Below, in pieces: positions 39,498-50,570 of a stretch of DNA of 64,000 nucleotides. The notes beneath the pieces are model-generated. The model made no database searches, was not told where the DNA came from, and saw nothing but the letters and a program-made list of their open reading frames with translations. A program made the position numbers and the translations under genes. Where the stretch lies: NCBI GenBank assembly GCA_051546255.1, contig CP128815.1, positions 620,001 through 684,000 on the forward strand, written 5' to 3'. Origin of the DNA: Meyerozyma guilliermondii (Eukaryota). How positions within the stretch are numbered: the stretch's first letter is position 1; each line of letters starts with the position of its first letter.

Positions 39498-39902
39498 TTA
39501 CGCCTCGCTCTCACTGTCTTCCATCTTTACATCGCTATCTCCCTTTCCCAAGAGCTTGTCCAACTGTTCAATCTCCTGCTTCATTCGCAAATTGCCAAGT
39601 TTGGTATTTTTCTGATCAACTGGAAGAGGCAAGATCATTACATTGTCTTTATTTTTGTTGTAACATCCAATGTTTTCATCCATGATCTTCACCTCTTTCC
39701 TCAATTCCACAGCAACATCGCTGAGCATGCTATAAATGCCTTTAGTTTGCAGTTGAATCTGCTCTTTTACCTTGTCAATGTCTTCTTTCGGGCTGCTATA
39801 CGTCTCGAATATCCCGGACATTTTGTCCAAAAGCGACACGATTTTGCAGTCTATGTCATACAACGAGTCGATTCGCTCCCTGACGAAGCTGCCTTCCGCC
39901 AT
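39498..39902 (-). CDS. MED11: Mediator subunit Med11
   Basis: FVRERIDSLYDID, VAVELRKEVKIMDENIG, LPLPVDQK; divergent from FOL3 as in S. cerevisiae. Confidence 0.85.
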   Translation of the reverse strand: MAEGSFVRERIDSLYDIDCKIVSLLDKMSGIFETYSSPKEDIDKVKEQIQLQTKGIYSMLSDVAVELRKEVKIMDENIGCYNKNKDNVMILPLPVDQKNTKLGNLRMKQEIEQLDKLLGKGDSDVKMEDSESEA

Positions 39903-39924
39903 GGTGAGAGAAATGAACGACAAC

Positions 39925-40035
39925 TGAGATCAAAATTAGATTAAGACTGAGATTGAGATTTGATTGAGAATTTAGATTGAGAATTTAAATTGAGAATTTA
40001 AATTGAGAAGATTGAGATTTGATTAAGATTGATTT
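39925..40035. repeat. Low-complexity GATTGAGA / TGAGAATTTAAAT repeats in the MED11-FOL3 gap
   Basis: gattgagatt tgattgagaa tttagattga gaatttaaat tgagaattta aattgagaag attgagattt. Confidence 0.65.
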
Positions 40036-40048
40036 CGCACTCCACAAC

Positions 40049-41287
40049 ATGCCCATCGACTTGGGGTTATCGAGGATTTCGCGGCTTCTCCGTCAGCTAG
40101 GAAACCCACACAAAACGTACAAGTCTGCTCATGTAGCAGGAACCAATGGAAAAGGCTCAACGGTGGCATATTTATCGTCGGTTTTGACCTCGAGTAAAGT
40201 ACGAAATGGCCGGTTTACATCTCCTCATATGGTATACTATAACGATTGCGTGTGTATAAACAACGAGATATACCCAATGCCCAAGTTTGAACAAGTGAGG
40301 GCTTTGGTACGCCAGACCAATGATGAGTTAAAGCTCCAATGTACAGAATTCGAGTTGCTAACGGCTACAGCATTCAAGATATTCGAGCTAGAACAAGTGG
40401 AAATTGCATTGATAGAGGTGGGTTTGGGAGGACGACTAGATGCCACCAACGTGCTAGAGGCAAATACAGTACTGCTGCCTGGAGTGGTTGTAACTGCAAT
40501 CACCAAAATAGCATTCGACCATGAGGGTTTCTTGGGAAATACTCTAGAAAAGATTGCGAATGAAAAGGCTGGAATTTTGAAGGAGAACATTCCCTGCGTT
40601 ATTGACGGAACCAACGAGGAGCTGGTTTTATTGACTGTTCAATCTAAAGCAGCATCTTTAAATTGCAAGCTCATAATAGCAGGCGGTGATAAAGACGCCG
40701 AAGAGTTGATCAAATTATCGCCTTTAAATGGGGCATACCAATTGAGCAATCTCTGCGTCGCTCTCAGAGCAATTGACATCTTAAAGAGGTATCTTCCCAT
40801 AGATAATCACACTATTCGAGAAGGTATTGAAAATACAAAGTGGATCGGAAGGTTGCAAACCGTCAAAATTCCAGGAAAAAACCTCACGGTTCTCGTGGAC
40901 GGCTCTCACAATGAAAATGCTGCCATTGAGCTTGCGAATCATCTCGAGGTTTCTACAGAGAGAGCAAAAGGAATCATCTTTGTTGTCGGGTTCACCAAAG
41001 GAAAATCCATTGACAGTGTCTTAAAACACACCATAACCAAAAATGATATCGTATACCCTACATCCTTTTCGCAGCCAGAAGGAATGCCGTGGATAACCCC
41101 GGCAGCACCAGAAGGTATCACAAAGGTAGCCAACAAATACACCGACGATTTGCAGCCATATGGCAATTTAGAGGATATACTCAGCCGTATTTCAGGCATA
41201 AAGGAGAATGGGGATCGACGCCCAGTGGTCATTTTTGGAAGTCTTTACTTGGTGTCGGACGTTTTGAGGCTCGTTCAAGCTAAATGA
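40049..41287 (+). CDS. FOL3: Dihydrofolate synthase
   Basis: MPIDLGLSRI, HVAGTNGKGS, FTSPH, EVGLGGRLDATN, DGSHN, FGSLYLV. Confidence 0.92.
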   Translation: MPIDLGLSRISRLLRQLGNPHKTYKSAHVAGTNGKGSTVAYLSSVLTSSKVRNGRFTSPHMVYYNDCVCINNEIYPMPKFEQVRALVRQTNDELKLQCTEFELLTATAFKIFELEQVEIALIEVGLGGRLDATNVLEANTVLLPGVVVTAITKIAFDHEGFLGNTLEKIANEKAGILKENIPCVIDGTNEELVLLTVQSKAASLNCKLIIAGGDKDAEELIKLSPLNGAYQLSNLCVALRAIDILKRYLPIDNHTIREGIENTKWIGRLQTVKIPGKNLTVLVDGSHNENAAIELANHLEVSTERAKGIIFVVGFTKGKSIDSVLKHTITKNDIVYPTSFSQPEGMPWITPAAPEGITKVANKYTDDLQPYGNLEDILSRISGIKENGDRRPVVIFGSLYLVSDVLRLVQAK

Positions 41288-41514
41288 TTTGAATGAGAGT
41301 CAGTATAATGAAGATGCAGATCAGAGAAAGTGAAGTTCAAAGGAAATGATAATAGACGAGGTTTGTTGAATATGCTGAAGATTGAAAGACTCCTACAGAT
41401 CATGGTGGATAGAGCTATTCTTGTAACCTCAATTTGGTAATGACTTGAAGGTCGCCTTTATAGTACCATAATCCGTAGTAAATCGCGAACTACTGCATTT
41501 CACCATTTGACTCG

Positions 41515-43236
41515 ATGACGTTATCGGACTTTGAAAAACAGAGACAGGAAAACATCCAGCGCAACAAGGAGCTCTTGCGCCAACTAGAATTGGACTCGCT
41601 CAATGACTCCATATCTCGAGAGGTTCCGAAACCAAAGCCAAAAGCAAAGAGACGAAAGACCGAAAATGCTCGCGTCAAAACGGAACCAATAATGCCCTCA
41701 AGAAGGTCCAGGAGATTGGCAGGGTCGACAATGGAGGACAGCGAGGAAGATAAACAGATGAGAGAGGAAATGGAGAAAGCAGAAGAGCGGAAAAGAGAAC
41801 TTGAAAAATTAAAGCTGACGCGCCTTTTTGGCGATTTCAAGCTCATTGATCTTGTTGTAAATAAGCAAGGCGAGTTCAAAAATCAGGACAAAATACTAAA
41901 GGCTAAGGAAAAGGACAACGAAATCAAAAAAGAGGAAAAAGAAGAGATAAAAAAAGAGGAAGACAGTACTGATTCGATAGATCTTTCACGAGACAACGAG
42001 GTTTTACAGAAACTTCAGCAATTGGGTGACCGTTTTTCCGCCGGTGACTTTTACGAAATGATAAAGGATACAAAGCTGAAATATGACGATACTGTGTTGC
42101 AAGAGAAGCGGGAAGAGTTTGATAGAGTGAAACTTTACGAGCGATTTGATCCATTAGACATCAAAATTACCCAGCAAAGAATCACATCCATAGCTTTCCA
42201 CCCAGCCAAGGACGATAGGGTGGTTGTGGCAGGAGATACTACGGGTTATGTGGGAATATGGGCGGTGGATGCTAAAGGTGACGATGAAACTTCGCCTCAT
42301 ATTACCATTCTTAAACCACATGGCAAAGCAGTAGCTCGCATTCTCACTCCGGAGCAACAACCATCATCGATACTTACATGTTCCTACGACGGATCTGTAA
42401 GACGTCTTGACCTAAAAAGGCTTGAGTCCACTGAAGTAGCCTACCTTCAAGATCCGTACGAATCCAGCGATTATCCTCTTGGAGTTTCTGATATAAATGT
42501 TGCTGACAACAATTTGTTGTACATGACGACACTCAGTGGTAACTTCTACCGATACGACATGAGAAGTCCGTTTAAACAGGGCGAATTGCTTCGACTTCAC
42601 GACAAAAAAATTGGATCATTCAGCATAAATCCAAATGCCTTTCATCAGATAGCCACCGCATCGCTCGACAGAACCATGAAGTTGTGGGATTTACGCAACA
42701 TTTCTCAAAAGAATTCTTACTGGAGTGAATTCGACGACAAGTCTCCTCACCTATATTGCACCTATCATTCCAGACTCTCGGTGTCTTGCGTGGACTGGAA
42801 CCACGATAACCATTTGGTATGCAATGGATACGATGATACTGTGAACGTTTTTGATCTAAGCGGCAGTGATAAGTTGCCTTTGGTAACCGAATGGTCAAAG
42901 GACTACGAAACAGAAAAGAAAAAGAGAACCACCATTGAAGATGGAGTCCCAGAAAAGCTCGAAGCACTAACTAGAATCAAGCACAATTGTCAGACAGGAA
43001 GGTGGGTGTCGATATTGAAATCTAAATGGCAACTTCATCCTGCTGATGGGCTCCAGAAATTTGTCATTGCTAACATGAATCGAGCATTTGACATTTACGA
43101 TCAAAAAGGACGCATATTATGCCACTTGACCGATCCTGATCGTATGACAGCAGTTCCAGCCGTGTCCATGCTTCATCCTACGGAAAACTGGTGTGTTGGT
43201 GGAAGCGCCAGTGGAAAAGTTTACTTGTTTGAATAA
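41515..43236 (+). CDS. CMR1: WD40 DNA damage-binding protein Cmr1 (WDR76)
   Basis: LSDFEKQRQENIQRN, RRSRRL, WD repeats, HNCQTGRWVSIL, GGSASGKVYLF. Confidence 0.92.
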   Translation: MTLSDFEKQRQENIQRNKELLRQLELDSLNDSISREVPKPKPKAKRRKTENARVKTEPIMPSRRSRRLAGSTMEDSEEDKQMREEMEKAEERKRELEKLKLTRLFGDFKLIDLVVNKQGEFKNQDKILKAKEKDNEIKKEEKEEIKKEEDSTDSIDLSRDNEVLQKLQQLGDRFSAGDFYEMIKDTKLKYDDTVLQEKREEFDRVKLYERFDPLDIKITQQRITSIAFHPAKDDRVVVAGDTTGYVGIWAVDAKGDDETSPHITILKPHGKAVARILTPEQQPSSILTCSYDGSVRRLDLKRLESTEVAYLQDPYESSDYPLGVSDINVADNNLLYMTTLSGNFYRYDMRSPFKQGELLRLHDKKIGSFSINPNAFHQIATASLDRTMKLWDLRNISQKNSYWSEFDDKSPHLYCTYHSRLSVSCVDWNHDNHLVCNGYDDTVNVFDLSGSDKLPLVTEWSKDYETEKKKRTTIEDGVPEKLEALTRIKHNCQTGRWVSILKSKWQLHPADGLQKFVIANMNRAFDIYDQKGRILCHLTDPDRMTAVPAVSMLHPTENWCVGGSASGKVYLFE

Positions 43237-43262
43237 TGTTTTGTGTATAGTAGCTATTAAAC

Positions 43263-44355
43263 TTAAGCGGACGAAGTCATGACTTGCCACACTCTGATGA
43301 CGTTATCGGTGTAACCAGCGAACAAGTTTTGACCGTCAGCAGACCAAGCCAAAGAAACGGCTTCTGGGTCCTTGGCCTTAGCACCGATAGCGAACTCGGG
43401 CTTCAACTCGTCCAACAAGGTTCTCTCTTGCAAGTTGAAGATCTTGATTCCGGTAGCAGTGGCAGCAGCCAACCAGTATCTGGATGGAGAGAAAGCCAAG
43501 GCGTGGACCTCGGCGTTAGCGTTCAAGGTGTACAAAGTCAAGTTGGAGTTCAAGTCCCACAAGATGATGACACCGTCCTTACCAGAAGAGGCACACAATG
43601 ATCCATCTGGAGAGATGGTGATACAAGAAATGTAACCGGTGTGACCAATGAAGTCAGCATTGACGTTGTACTCGTTAAGGTCCCAGGACTATGTTAGTAT
43701 AAAAATTTCAATAAAACTCTTCAATCAGAGATCTTGGTGATTAAATATGTCTCATTCAGCCGAAGCCGTCTGAAGTAGCAAATATGATAGCATCATGTGA
43801 AGAAGAGAGAAACAAAAAAAAACTTACCTTAACAGTCTTATCCCAAGAAGCAGAGATAACAGTGTTGGTCTTGTCAGATGGGGAGAATCTAACAGCAGAA
43901 ACCCAGTCGGAGTGGGAAGTCAAAGTTTGCATACATTCACCAATGGTGTTCCAAACCTTGACGGTCTTGTCACGAGAAGCAGAAACAATCTGTCTCAAGT
44001 TCTTGGCGATGGAAACAGACAACACATCTCCAGTGTGGCCCACGAATCTCTTGGTACATTCACCAGATTCCAAATCCCACAATCTCAAGGTCTTATCCCA
44101 AGAAGCAGACAAAGCGTAAGCACCGTCAGCAGAGATGGTGACATCTTGAACAATGTGAGAGTGGCCTCTGAAAGATTTCTTTGGCACACCGTATTGGTTG
44201 TCTTCACCACCGGTCAATTTCCAGGTGATCAAAGTCTTGTCTCTGGAACCAGAAAGTAACAAATCTGGGTGAGCTGGGGTGGTGGCCAACGAAGTGACCC
44301 ATCCATTGTGACCCTCAAGGGTACCTCTTAAAACCAAAACTTCTTGATCAGCCAT
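43263..44355 (-). CDS. ASC1: RACK1/Asc1, 40S-associated WD40 protein; exons 44355-43828 and 43688-43263
   Basis: [58 protein letters not shown]; 317 aa after splicing. Confidence 0.97.
43689..43827 (-). other. Intron of ASC1 (139 nt), snoRNA host
   Basis: Minus strand GTAAGT ... TACTAAC ATAG. Confidence 0.93.
43721..43800 (-). ncRNA. SNR24: Box C/D snoRNA snR24 (U24)
   Basis: Minus strand: C box ATGATG, guide CATATTTGCTACTT, D' CAGA, C' ATGAGA, guide ATCACCAAGATCT, D box CTGA, terminal stem TCA/TGA; U24 is known to reside in the ASC1 intron. Confidence 0.92.
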
Positions 44356-44761
44356 TTTTTAGATATAAATTGGTGTTGCAGACTGGTGAGTGCGTAGATT
44401 GAATCTAAAATTTTTCAGTTACACAAAACCGACGGTACCCTCGACTTGTGCTGTCATTTACTACCGCCTGGTGCTCGGAAATACACACGCTCGCAGTGAC
44501 TGCTTTTGCCGAGCACGCCCTACACCCACACAAAGCCAAAAAAATGGTTGCACATTGATTAATTTGACCGGAGCTACAAATTCCGACCATTCACTGCATG
44601 GATTCCGAGGTATAATTGTTAAGATGGTTGCAAATTATAGCACCGGTCAAATATAAAAAAAAAATCTCAAACTTTTTTTTGAAGCATATCCATTTCGCGT
44701 GGTCGCGTGTATCTTCCCCGGATTCTGATTGCACACGTAAACCGTCCTGACCACAAATATC

Positions 44762-46129
44762 ATGGAACCCAACATTACCATAGTCAGCGGCGGAACCGCA
44801 ACCAATGAACTCGTCCTGTTATTTCTGGCACTTACTCCTCGTGTGACCTATGTGCTTCCGATTCTGGATAACGGAGGCTCGACTTCGGAGTTGATTAGGG
44901 TTATTGGAGGTCCAGCAATTGGTGATATTCGTCTGAGACTCACTCGTTTGATTCCCCAGCATCAGGATGCATACAGGCAACTTTTCAGCTACCGATTATC
45001 TGACGATCCCGAGGATGCAAAACGTCAATGGAACCAAATAGTGGAAGGTTCACACCCATTGTGGGCACCAATTGAACCTGCAAGTAGAGAGATCTTTCGG
45101 TCATTTTTGGTGCATGTACATGTAGAGTTACTCAAGCGATCTCGACACCAATTCATGCAACATCCAAATAAGAAACAGTTTCGATACGAACTTGCAAATG
45201 TGGGTAATTTGTTTCTTACAGGCATTCGTCTCTTTATTGGTTCACTTGATTCAGCAATTGAATTGTTCTCAAGACTCACCGGAATTGATCCTAGTATAAA
45301 GGTTCTTCCTTGTGTTAACACAAATTTCACCTACCACATAAGTGCCCTTTTACAAAACGGGCTAATAATAACGGGCCAGTCTCAAATCTCTCATCCATCA
45401 ACAACAGATCATTCCAACTATCCACCTCCTATCCATGTCAGTCGCCCTGCTACTCCCTTAGATGAATGTGCAGCCGAGTACTTTCACAAGTCTCATGTTC
45501 AACCCCACATTCCCGAGCCTGTATCGGACGTTCTGTCGGATGAAGAAGAGTCCGGTAATGTACCGCAGTATACTCATCCCGAACTAAAGAAATCTCAGCT
45601 TCATTTCGATAAGTCTGAGAATATCAAACCTCTACTCTCCCCCATTGAGAGAATTTTCTACATCTCTCCATACGGTGAAGAAATATGCCCAACGGCTCCA
45701 AATCGAGTAACCTCGAATATGACGAGTGCAGATGCCATTATATACTCCATTGGGTCTCTCATGACCAGTATAGTACCAGTCTTAATCTTGAAAGGAGTCG
45801 GTAGGGCCATCGCAGCCGCCAAGAACAAGAAGAAGATATTATTGCTTAATGGCTCCCATGATCGTGAAACTTTTGGAATGTCAGCCACAGATTTTGTGGA
45901 GACAATTGTCAAGCTGGCAACGTACTCGTTGAATGAAAAGAATCCTAAATCCCCAGAATGGACAACTTTTGTTACCCACTTGGTATATCTCACAGACCTG
46001 GAAATCGAGGTGGATGTTGAAACTTTGAACAATAAGGGAATTGTCTGTGTGCCTGTTGAAAGACAAGAAGGCACCCAATATTACGACACACATGATCTCC
46101 AGCAAAAGTTGCTGGCGTTAATAAAATAG
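44762..46129 (+). CDS. CofD/UPF0052-family protein (YNL011C-like)
   Basis: SGGTATN, I(S)DNGGSTSE...GGPAIGDIR(S)RL, GNLFLTG, GQSQISHP, YSIGSLMTSIVP, NGSHDRET. Confidence 0.85.
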   Translation: MEPNITIVSGGTATNELVLLFLALTPRVTYVLPILDNGGSTSELIRVIGGPAIGDIRLRLTRLIPQHQDAYRQLFSYRLSDDPEDAKRQWNQIVEGSHPLWAPIEPASREIFRSFLVHVHVELLKRSRHQFMQHPNKKQFRYELANVGNLFLTGIRLFIGSLDSAIELFSRLTGIDPSIKVLPCVNTNFTYHISALLQNGLIITGQSQISHPSTTDHSNYPPPIHVSRPATPLDECAAEYFHKSHVQPHIPEPVSDVLSDEEESGNVPQYTHPELKKSQLHFDKSENIKPLLSPIERIFYISPYGEEICPTAPNRVTSNMTSADAIIYSIGSLMTSIVPVLILKGVGRAIAAAKNKKKILLLNGSHDRETFGMSATDFVETIVKLATYSLNEKNPKSPEWTTFVTHLVYLTDLEIEVDVETLNNKGIVCVPVERQEGTQYYDTHDLQQKLLALIK

Positions 46130-46203
46130 AGTTATAGACAACTGATGTCTGGTTATACAGGTGTATGTAAGTTATGTGTACTTATCTATGCTCTTCTTTT
46201 TTT

Positions 46204-47160
46204 CTAGTCGTACCACATCTTGATCAACTCTTCAGAAACGGCAGATGGAGTGAGCACACCCAAGTCTGTGATTAAGGCAGTAATGTACTCGTGTGGTGTA
46301 AAGTCTATGAGCTGCATCTTTAGCAACTCGCTTTCTGGCTCTTCGCTGGCTTGTGGAATATTGACGTCTGGGGAACTGCCCATACCGAGCATATCGCCCA
46401 TACCAGTGGGAAGGTCGTTGGGAGACAAAGGAAACAATCTGACAAACTTATGCGATTCTGTTACCACGTAGAAGGGTTTGTTGTTGGTTTTAGCCAAACA
46501 TCCAATCTGATAAGACCCTATGTGGTTTATAATACCTCCACTTTCGGCCACACCTTCAGCACCCACCAATACCTTGTCCACTCTGTGGATGACATAACCC
46601 ACAGCATTATCCACAATAACTTCCACTGGAATGTCGGCTTCCTTGAGCAATTTCGCCATGTGGTATCCCTTGCTGGTGGGTCTCGATTCCGTGACAATAA
46701 CTCGAAATCGTATCAACTTTTCAGCCCGAGCTTTCTTCAAAAGATGATAGACAACCCGAGAATAAGAATGCACCAAAATCGTATCGTCGTCTTTAATGAA
46801 TGGCAACCCCATTTCTGCCAGTTTATTTCTCGATTCCTTGGCTCTTTGCACAAATAACTCTCCGTTTTCAACCAAATTTCGTTTGCAAGATTCCCAATCA
46901 GCATACAAGTTCGTGTTCCGCAACACAAATCTCATGAATAAGTCACAGCCAGCAGACAAGGACACAGCATTGGATATGGAAGACTTCAATAAGTCGATAT
47001 TGGACTTTACAAGCTTAATAAGTTCCGCTTGAGTCGATGGTTCTTTAACTCGCAACATGGTGACAAGAGACTCAATAGCTGCTATGGGCATGGTCATCTC
47101 CAGATCCTCTTCCAAGAACCGCAAGTAGGTCAGTGTTATATCGAATGACTCGCCTGTCAT
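46204..47160 (-). CDS. GCN3: eIF2B alpha subunit
   Basis: MTMPIAAIE, AGCDLF, LVHSYSRVV, VGAEGVAESGGIIN, ESHKFVRLFPL, IDFTP..ITDLGVLTPSAVSEEL. Confidence 0.95.
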   Translation of the reverse strand: MTGESFDITLTYLRFLEEDLEMTMPIAAIESLVTMLRVKEPSTQAELIKLVKSNIDLLKSSISNAVSLSAGCDLFMRFVLRNTNLYADWESCKRNLVENGELFVQRAKESRNKLAEMGLPFIKDDDTILVHSYSRVVYHLLKKARAEKLIRFRVIVTESRPTSKGYHMAKLLKEADIPVEVIVDNAVGYVIHRVDKVLVGAEGVAESGGIINHIGSYQIGCLAKTNNKPFYVVTESHKFVRLFPLSPNDLPTGMGDMLGMGSSPDVNIPQASEEPESELLKMQLIDFTPHEYITALITDLGVLTPSAVSEELIKMWYD

Positions 47161-47289
47161 TTTTGGTATAGTGGTTACAGTTTCGTGCTGGGCACTTTCA
47201 ATAGTGGAGCGATGAGAATAATGTCGCGAATTCTCAACTCTTGAATTCTCAACTCTCGCAACTTCGCAGCTTCTTCCCTGATTCGGACC

Positions 47290-48114
47290 ATGGATCACGC
47301 TGGGTTGTTTGTAGATGACGACGAGATCATGGAGGATGCGGGAAACCAGCCCGAAGTACAGTCTGGTCTACTGTCACAAACCGCCAGTGGTTTTGAGCTG
47401 GATGAAAGCGAAAATGGTGAAGAGGACGACCCCATCGTGGAATCCATCCCGGTGATTATGAACGATATACCCGATCTGAACCAGCATGTTTACGTTCTAC
47501 AGTATCCAGGACGCCCCAAGAGTAGTCCTGTGGAAGAAGAGCGAATTTCCGCTTCAATAAAGCCGGAATCAAGGTACTTGGAGGTGAAAGTTCCTATAGT
47601 CACCGAGAAATTTTATGATGAAAATAGAGCTGAAGAATGGGGGGTCCAGGTCACGGAGCACTCTCTTCAAGGAGTTTTGGATAAAACCCGTGGGGGGCTT
47701 TACGTTGGAAAAATTAGACAAATTGATGGCCAGAGGCAGGTGGTACTTGTTCCTGTAGAATGCAGTGCCCAACTCCGCCCAAGTTTCAAGTATGTTGACG
47801 ACGCCGAAACAGCAAGAACCAACCAACGAAAGGCTGATATGGGCGACCACATACCCAAACAAACAAGCAGCCATGTGCTTCAAACCTCGGCCAGAACTGG
47901 CATCCAACCAGATGGATTTTCAACCACCATGCTTGGTGAGTCCTTGAAACATATACGGCAATTTGAAGACGAGGAGTGGTCCCATCTACAATATCACGGT
48001 CCTAACGATGCTCCTTCGGCAGAACTCAATCAGCACCTCATTGGAGATGCCGATGCGCAGCCGTTATCTACCACCACTCAATTGTCTGATTATATCCTTC
48101 AACTCACTAGATAA
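47290..48114 (+). CDS. RPC37: RNA polymerase III subunit C37 (RPC5)
   Basis: DDPIVESIPV, VLQYPGRP, KP.S..LEV.VP, AQLRPSFKYVD, EDEEW; lies between GCN3 and DBP7. Confidence 0.88.
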   Translation: MDHAGLFVDDDEIMEDAGNQPEVQSGLLSQTASGFELDESENGEEDDPIVESIPVIMNDIPDLNQHVYVLQYPGRPKSSPVEEERISASIKPESRYLEVKVPIVTEKFYDENRAEEWGVQVTEHSLQGVLDKTRGGLYVGKIRQIDGQRQVVLVPVECSAQLRPSFKYVDDAETARTNQRKADMGDHIPKQTSSHVLQTSARTGIQPDGFSTTMLGESLKHIRQFEDEEWSHLQYHGPNDAPSAELNQHLIGDADAQPLSTTTQLSDYILQLTR

Positions 48115-48297
48115 TGTACCATAGATAATAGACAAGAAATACAAGAACATTAAGGTGTAGAATGCTCATTCTAATCAATTTTGCTACCAATCTACTACTA
48201 CCTTCCTGCTTTCCTACCACCATCTGCAGGTGCGATGCTCTTCGCGAGATTTCGCAGGAACTTTTTGCAGCTCATCGATTCGTTCTCCTCACTCAAA

Positions 48298-50541
48298 ATG
48301 GATGATGATGGCCTTCTTTTGAACTTTGCCGCCCCAGACTCCAATGCATCCTCCAAGTCGAGTGCTCAGAAACCAGTCAAAGTTAGCGGCGGCCGCTGGA
48401 AGGACCGTAGAAAGCTTCAGCTCAGTCTTCTGGGCAGAGGAAGAAACAAAAGAGCAGAAACGGGAGTCAATAAAGAGTCAATTGCCCAACCCAGAGACTT
48501 TTCCTCTTCGAAACCACAGTCCTTTAGAGAGGAGCAGCTTGCAAAGCGGCCCAAATACTTTGAATCTCGCGGAGAAGGAGGTAAGAACGAGACATATGTT
48601 TCTTCGTTATTCACCTCGAATACCAAAAGTAAGCTTGAAAATGAGAAAGTAGAAGAAGAAAAGACATATTTACCGTCCAATGCTCCCATGAAAGGCGCTG
48701 ATGATTTCAATGGATTGGGTCTCAACGATAATCTCGTACATCATCTCACCGAAAGCTTGCGCTTCAAGAACCCTACTCAAATTCAAAAGTCGGTAATTCC
48801 CAGCTTGTTGTCCACTTCCAGGGATTTGTTTGTTAAGGCACAAACTGGTTCCGGTAAAACCTTATCTTTTTTGTTGCCTATTCTTCACAAACTTATGCAA
48901 GAGAAGAAGAACCCAATAACCAGAGAGTCTGGTGTTTTCGCTATTGTATTAGTACCAACCAGAGAACTTGCAAATCAAATCTATGGTGTTCTCGAGACGC
49001 TCACTCGATGCCACCACCAAATCGTACCTGGCATCGTAATCGGTGGAGAAAAGAAGAAATCTGAGAAAGCCCGAATTCGGAAAGGAGTCAACATCCTAGT
49101 TGCAACTCCAGGCAGACTTGCAGATCACATTGAAAACACCACCAGTCTTGACTTGAGTCAGCTACGTTATCTAATTCTCGACGAGGGTGATCGTTTGATT
49201 GACCTTGGTTTTGAAGAAACCATCACCAAAATTACAGACACAATTACAAGGTGTAGTCGAATTTCTGAGTCGACACAAAAGTGGCAGGGGTTACCTACCA
49301 AAAGAGTCAATGTACTCTGCTCAGCAACGATGGAAAATAATGTCGAAAAGTTGGGAAGTATCATTCTTAACAACCCAGAACAAATAAGCATCGATACCTC
49401 GAAACTGAGAGAAGGTGACGAAATCGACTCGAAACTGATGGCACCAGCTCAATTGACCCAGCGGGTGGTGGTGGTTCCTGCCAAGCTCCGACTTGTGACC
49501 TTGAGTGCCGTTTTGAAAGAAGTTGCGAAAACAGCACCAACATCGTCTACGGAAATTGTAAGAACAATAGTGTTTTTTTCCTGTTCCGACTCGGTCAATT
49601 TTCACTATGAAGCCTTCAAGAGAAACGGAAGTGAGTTCAGAAAAGCTCGGAACGCTGAAACAAACAGATTTGAAATGGTGACAGTCGGTGAAGATGAAGC
49701 GAACGCCGAAGGATCTGATACCGAGATTCCCAAAATCTCTTCTGCTCCTACCATACTGGCAAATTCGGTGGTTTACAAGCTCCATGGTTCTTTGACCCAA
49801 CAAGTTCGTACTTCCACTTTGCAGTCATTTGTGCAAGCAGTTCCCTTTGATAACTCGGAAAACAACTACAATCATCTAATACTTCTCTGTACCGATGTTG
49901 CATCCAGAGGGTTGGATTTGCCGAATATCTCGTCCGTGGTAGAGTACGATCCTCCATTTTCAGTTCAAGATCACTTGCACAGAATTGGTAGAACAGCCAG
50001 ACTTGGTAACAAAGGTAGCTCGTACTTGTTTCTCTTACCAGGAATTGAAGAAGGTTATGTGGATGGGAAAATTCGGGTGGTTCATCCTGAAGGTAGTATT
50101 CGAATCACAAACTATGAAACCATTCTTCAAAATGCATTTGGCGATTCCTCAGAAATCAAGAAATCAGACCCTAAAAGTAAGCAGGGAAAATGGGACATGC
50201 ATGCAACTACATGGCATTTGGATATTGAAAGATGGCTTTTGGAAGACGCTGCAAGTCATGAAAGTGCCAAGCAAGCGTTCACTTCGCACATAAGAGCATA
50301 TGCAACCCATCTTTCTTCTGAGAAGACATTTTTCAATGTGAAAACTCTCCATTTGGGACACTTGGCTAAGAGTTTTGGATTGCGTGAACCTCCTAAAAAG
50401 CTAGGATCACTTGCTACCAAGTCATCTCTGACAAGAAAGGAATACGGAGAGAAATCAAGAAAGTTGGAAGATCCCCGCAAGAAAATGTTGCGCATGGCCA
50501 AGTTGGCTGCTTCTTCAGCAAGCAGTGAGTTCAATTACTAA
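48298..50541 (+). CDS. DBP7: DEAD-box RNA helicase Dbp7
   Basis: [68 protein letters not shown] at 48270-48277. Confidence 0.95.
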   Translation: MDDDGLLLNFAAPDSNASSKSSAQKPVKVSGGRWKDRRKLQLSLLGRGRNKRAETGVNKESIAQPRDFSSSKPQSFREEQLAKRPKYFESRGEGGKNETYVSSLFTSNTKSKLENEKVEEEKTYLPSNAPMKGADDFNGLGLNDNLVHHLTESLRFKNPTQIQKSVIPSLLSTSRDLFVKAQTGSGKTLSFLLPILHKLMQEKKNPITRESGVFAIVLVPTRELANQIYGVLETLTRCHHQIVPGIVIGGEKKKSEKARIRKGVNILVATPGRLADHIENTTSLDLSQLRYLILDEGDRLIDLGFEETITKITDTITRCSRISESTQKWQGLPTKRVNVLCSATMENNVEKLGSIILNNPEQISIDTSKLREGDEIDSKLMAPAQLTQRVVVVPAKLRLVTLSAVLKEVAKTAPTSSTEIVRTIVFFSCSDSVNFHYEAFKRNGSEFRKARNAETNRFEMVTVGEDEANAEGSDTEIPKISSAPTILANSVVYKLHGSLTQQVRTSTLQSFVQAVPFDNSENNYNHLILLCTDVASRGLDLPNISSVVEYDPPFSVQDHLHRIGRTARLGNKGSSYLFLLPGIEEGYVDGKIRVVHPEGSIRITNYETILQNAFGDSSEIKKSDPKSKQGKWDMHATTWHLDIERWLLEDAASHESAKQAFTSHIRAYATHLSSEKTFFNVKTLHLGHLAKSFGLREPPKKLGSLATKSSLTRKEYGEKSRKLEDPRKKMLRMAKLAASSASSEFNY

Positions 50542-50570
50542 TTTTATAAGCTAATGAATGATGAGCCCAA

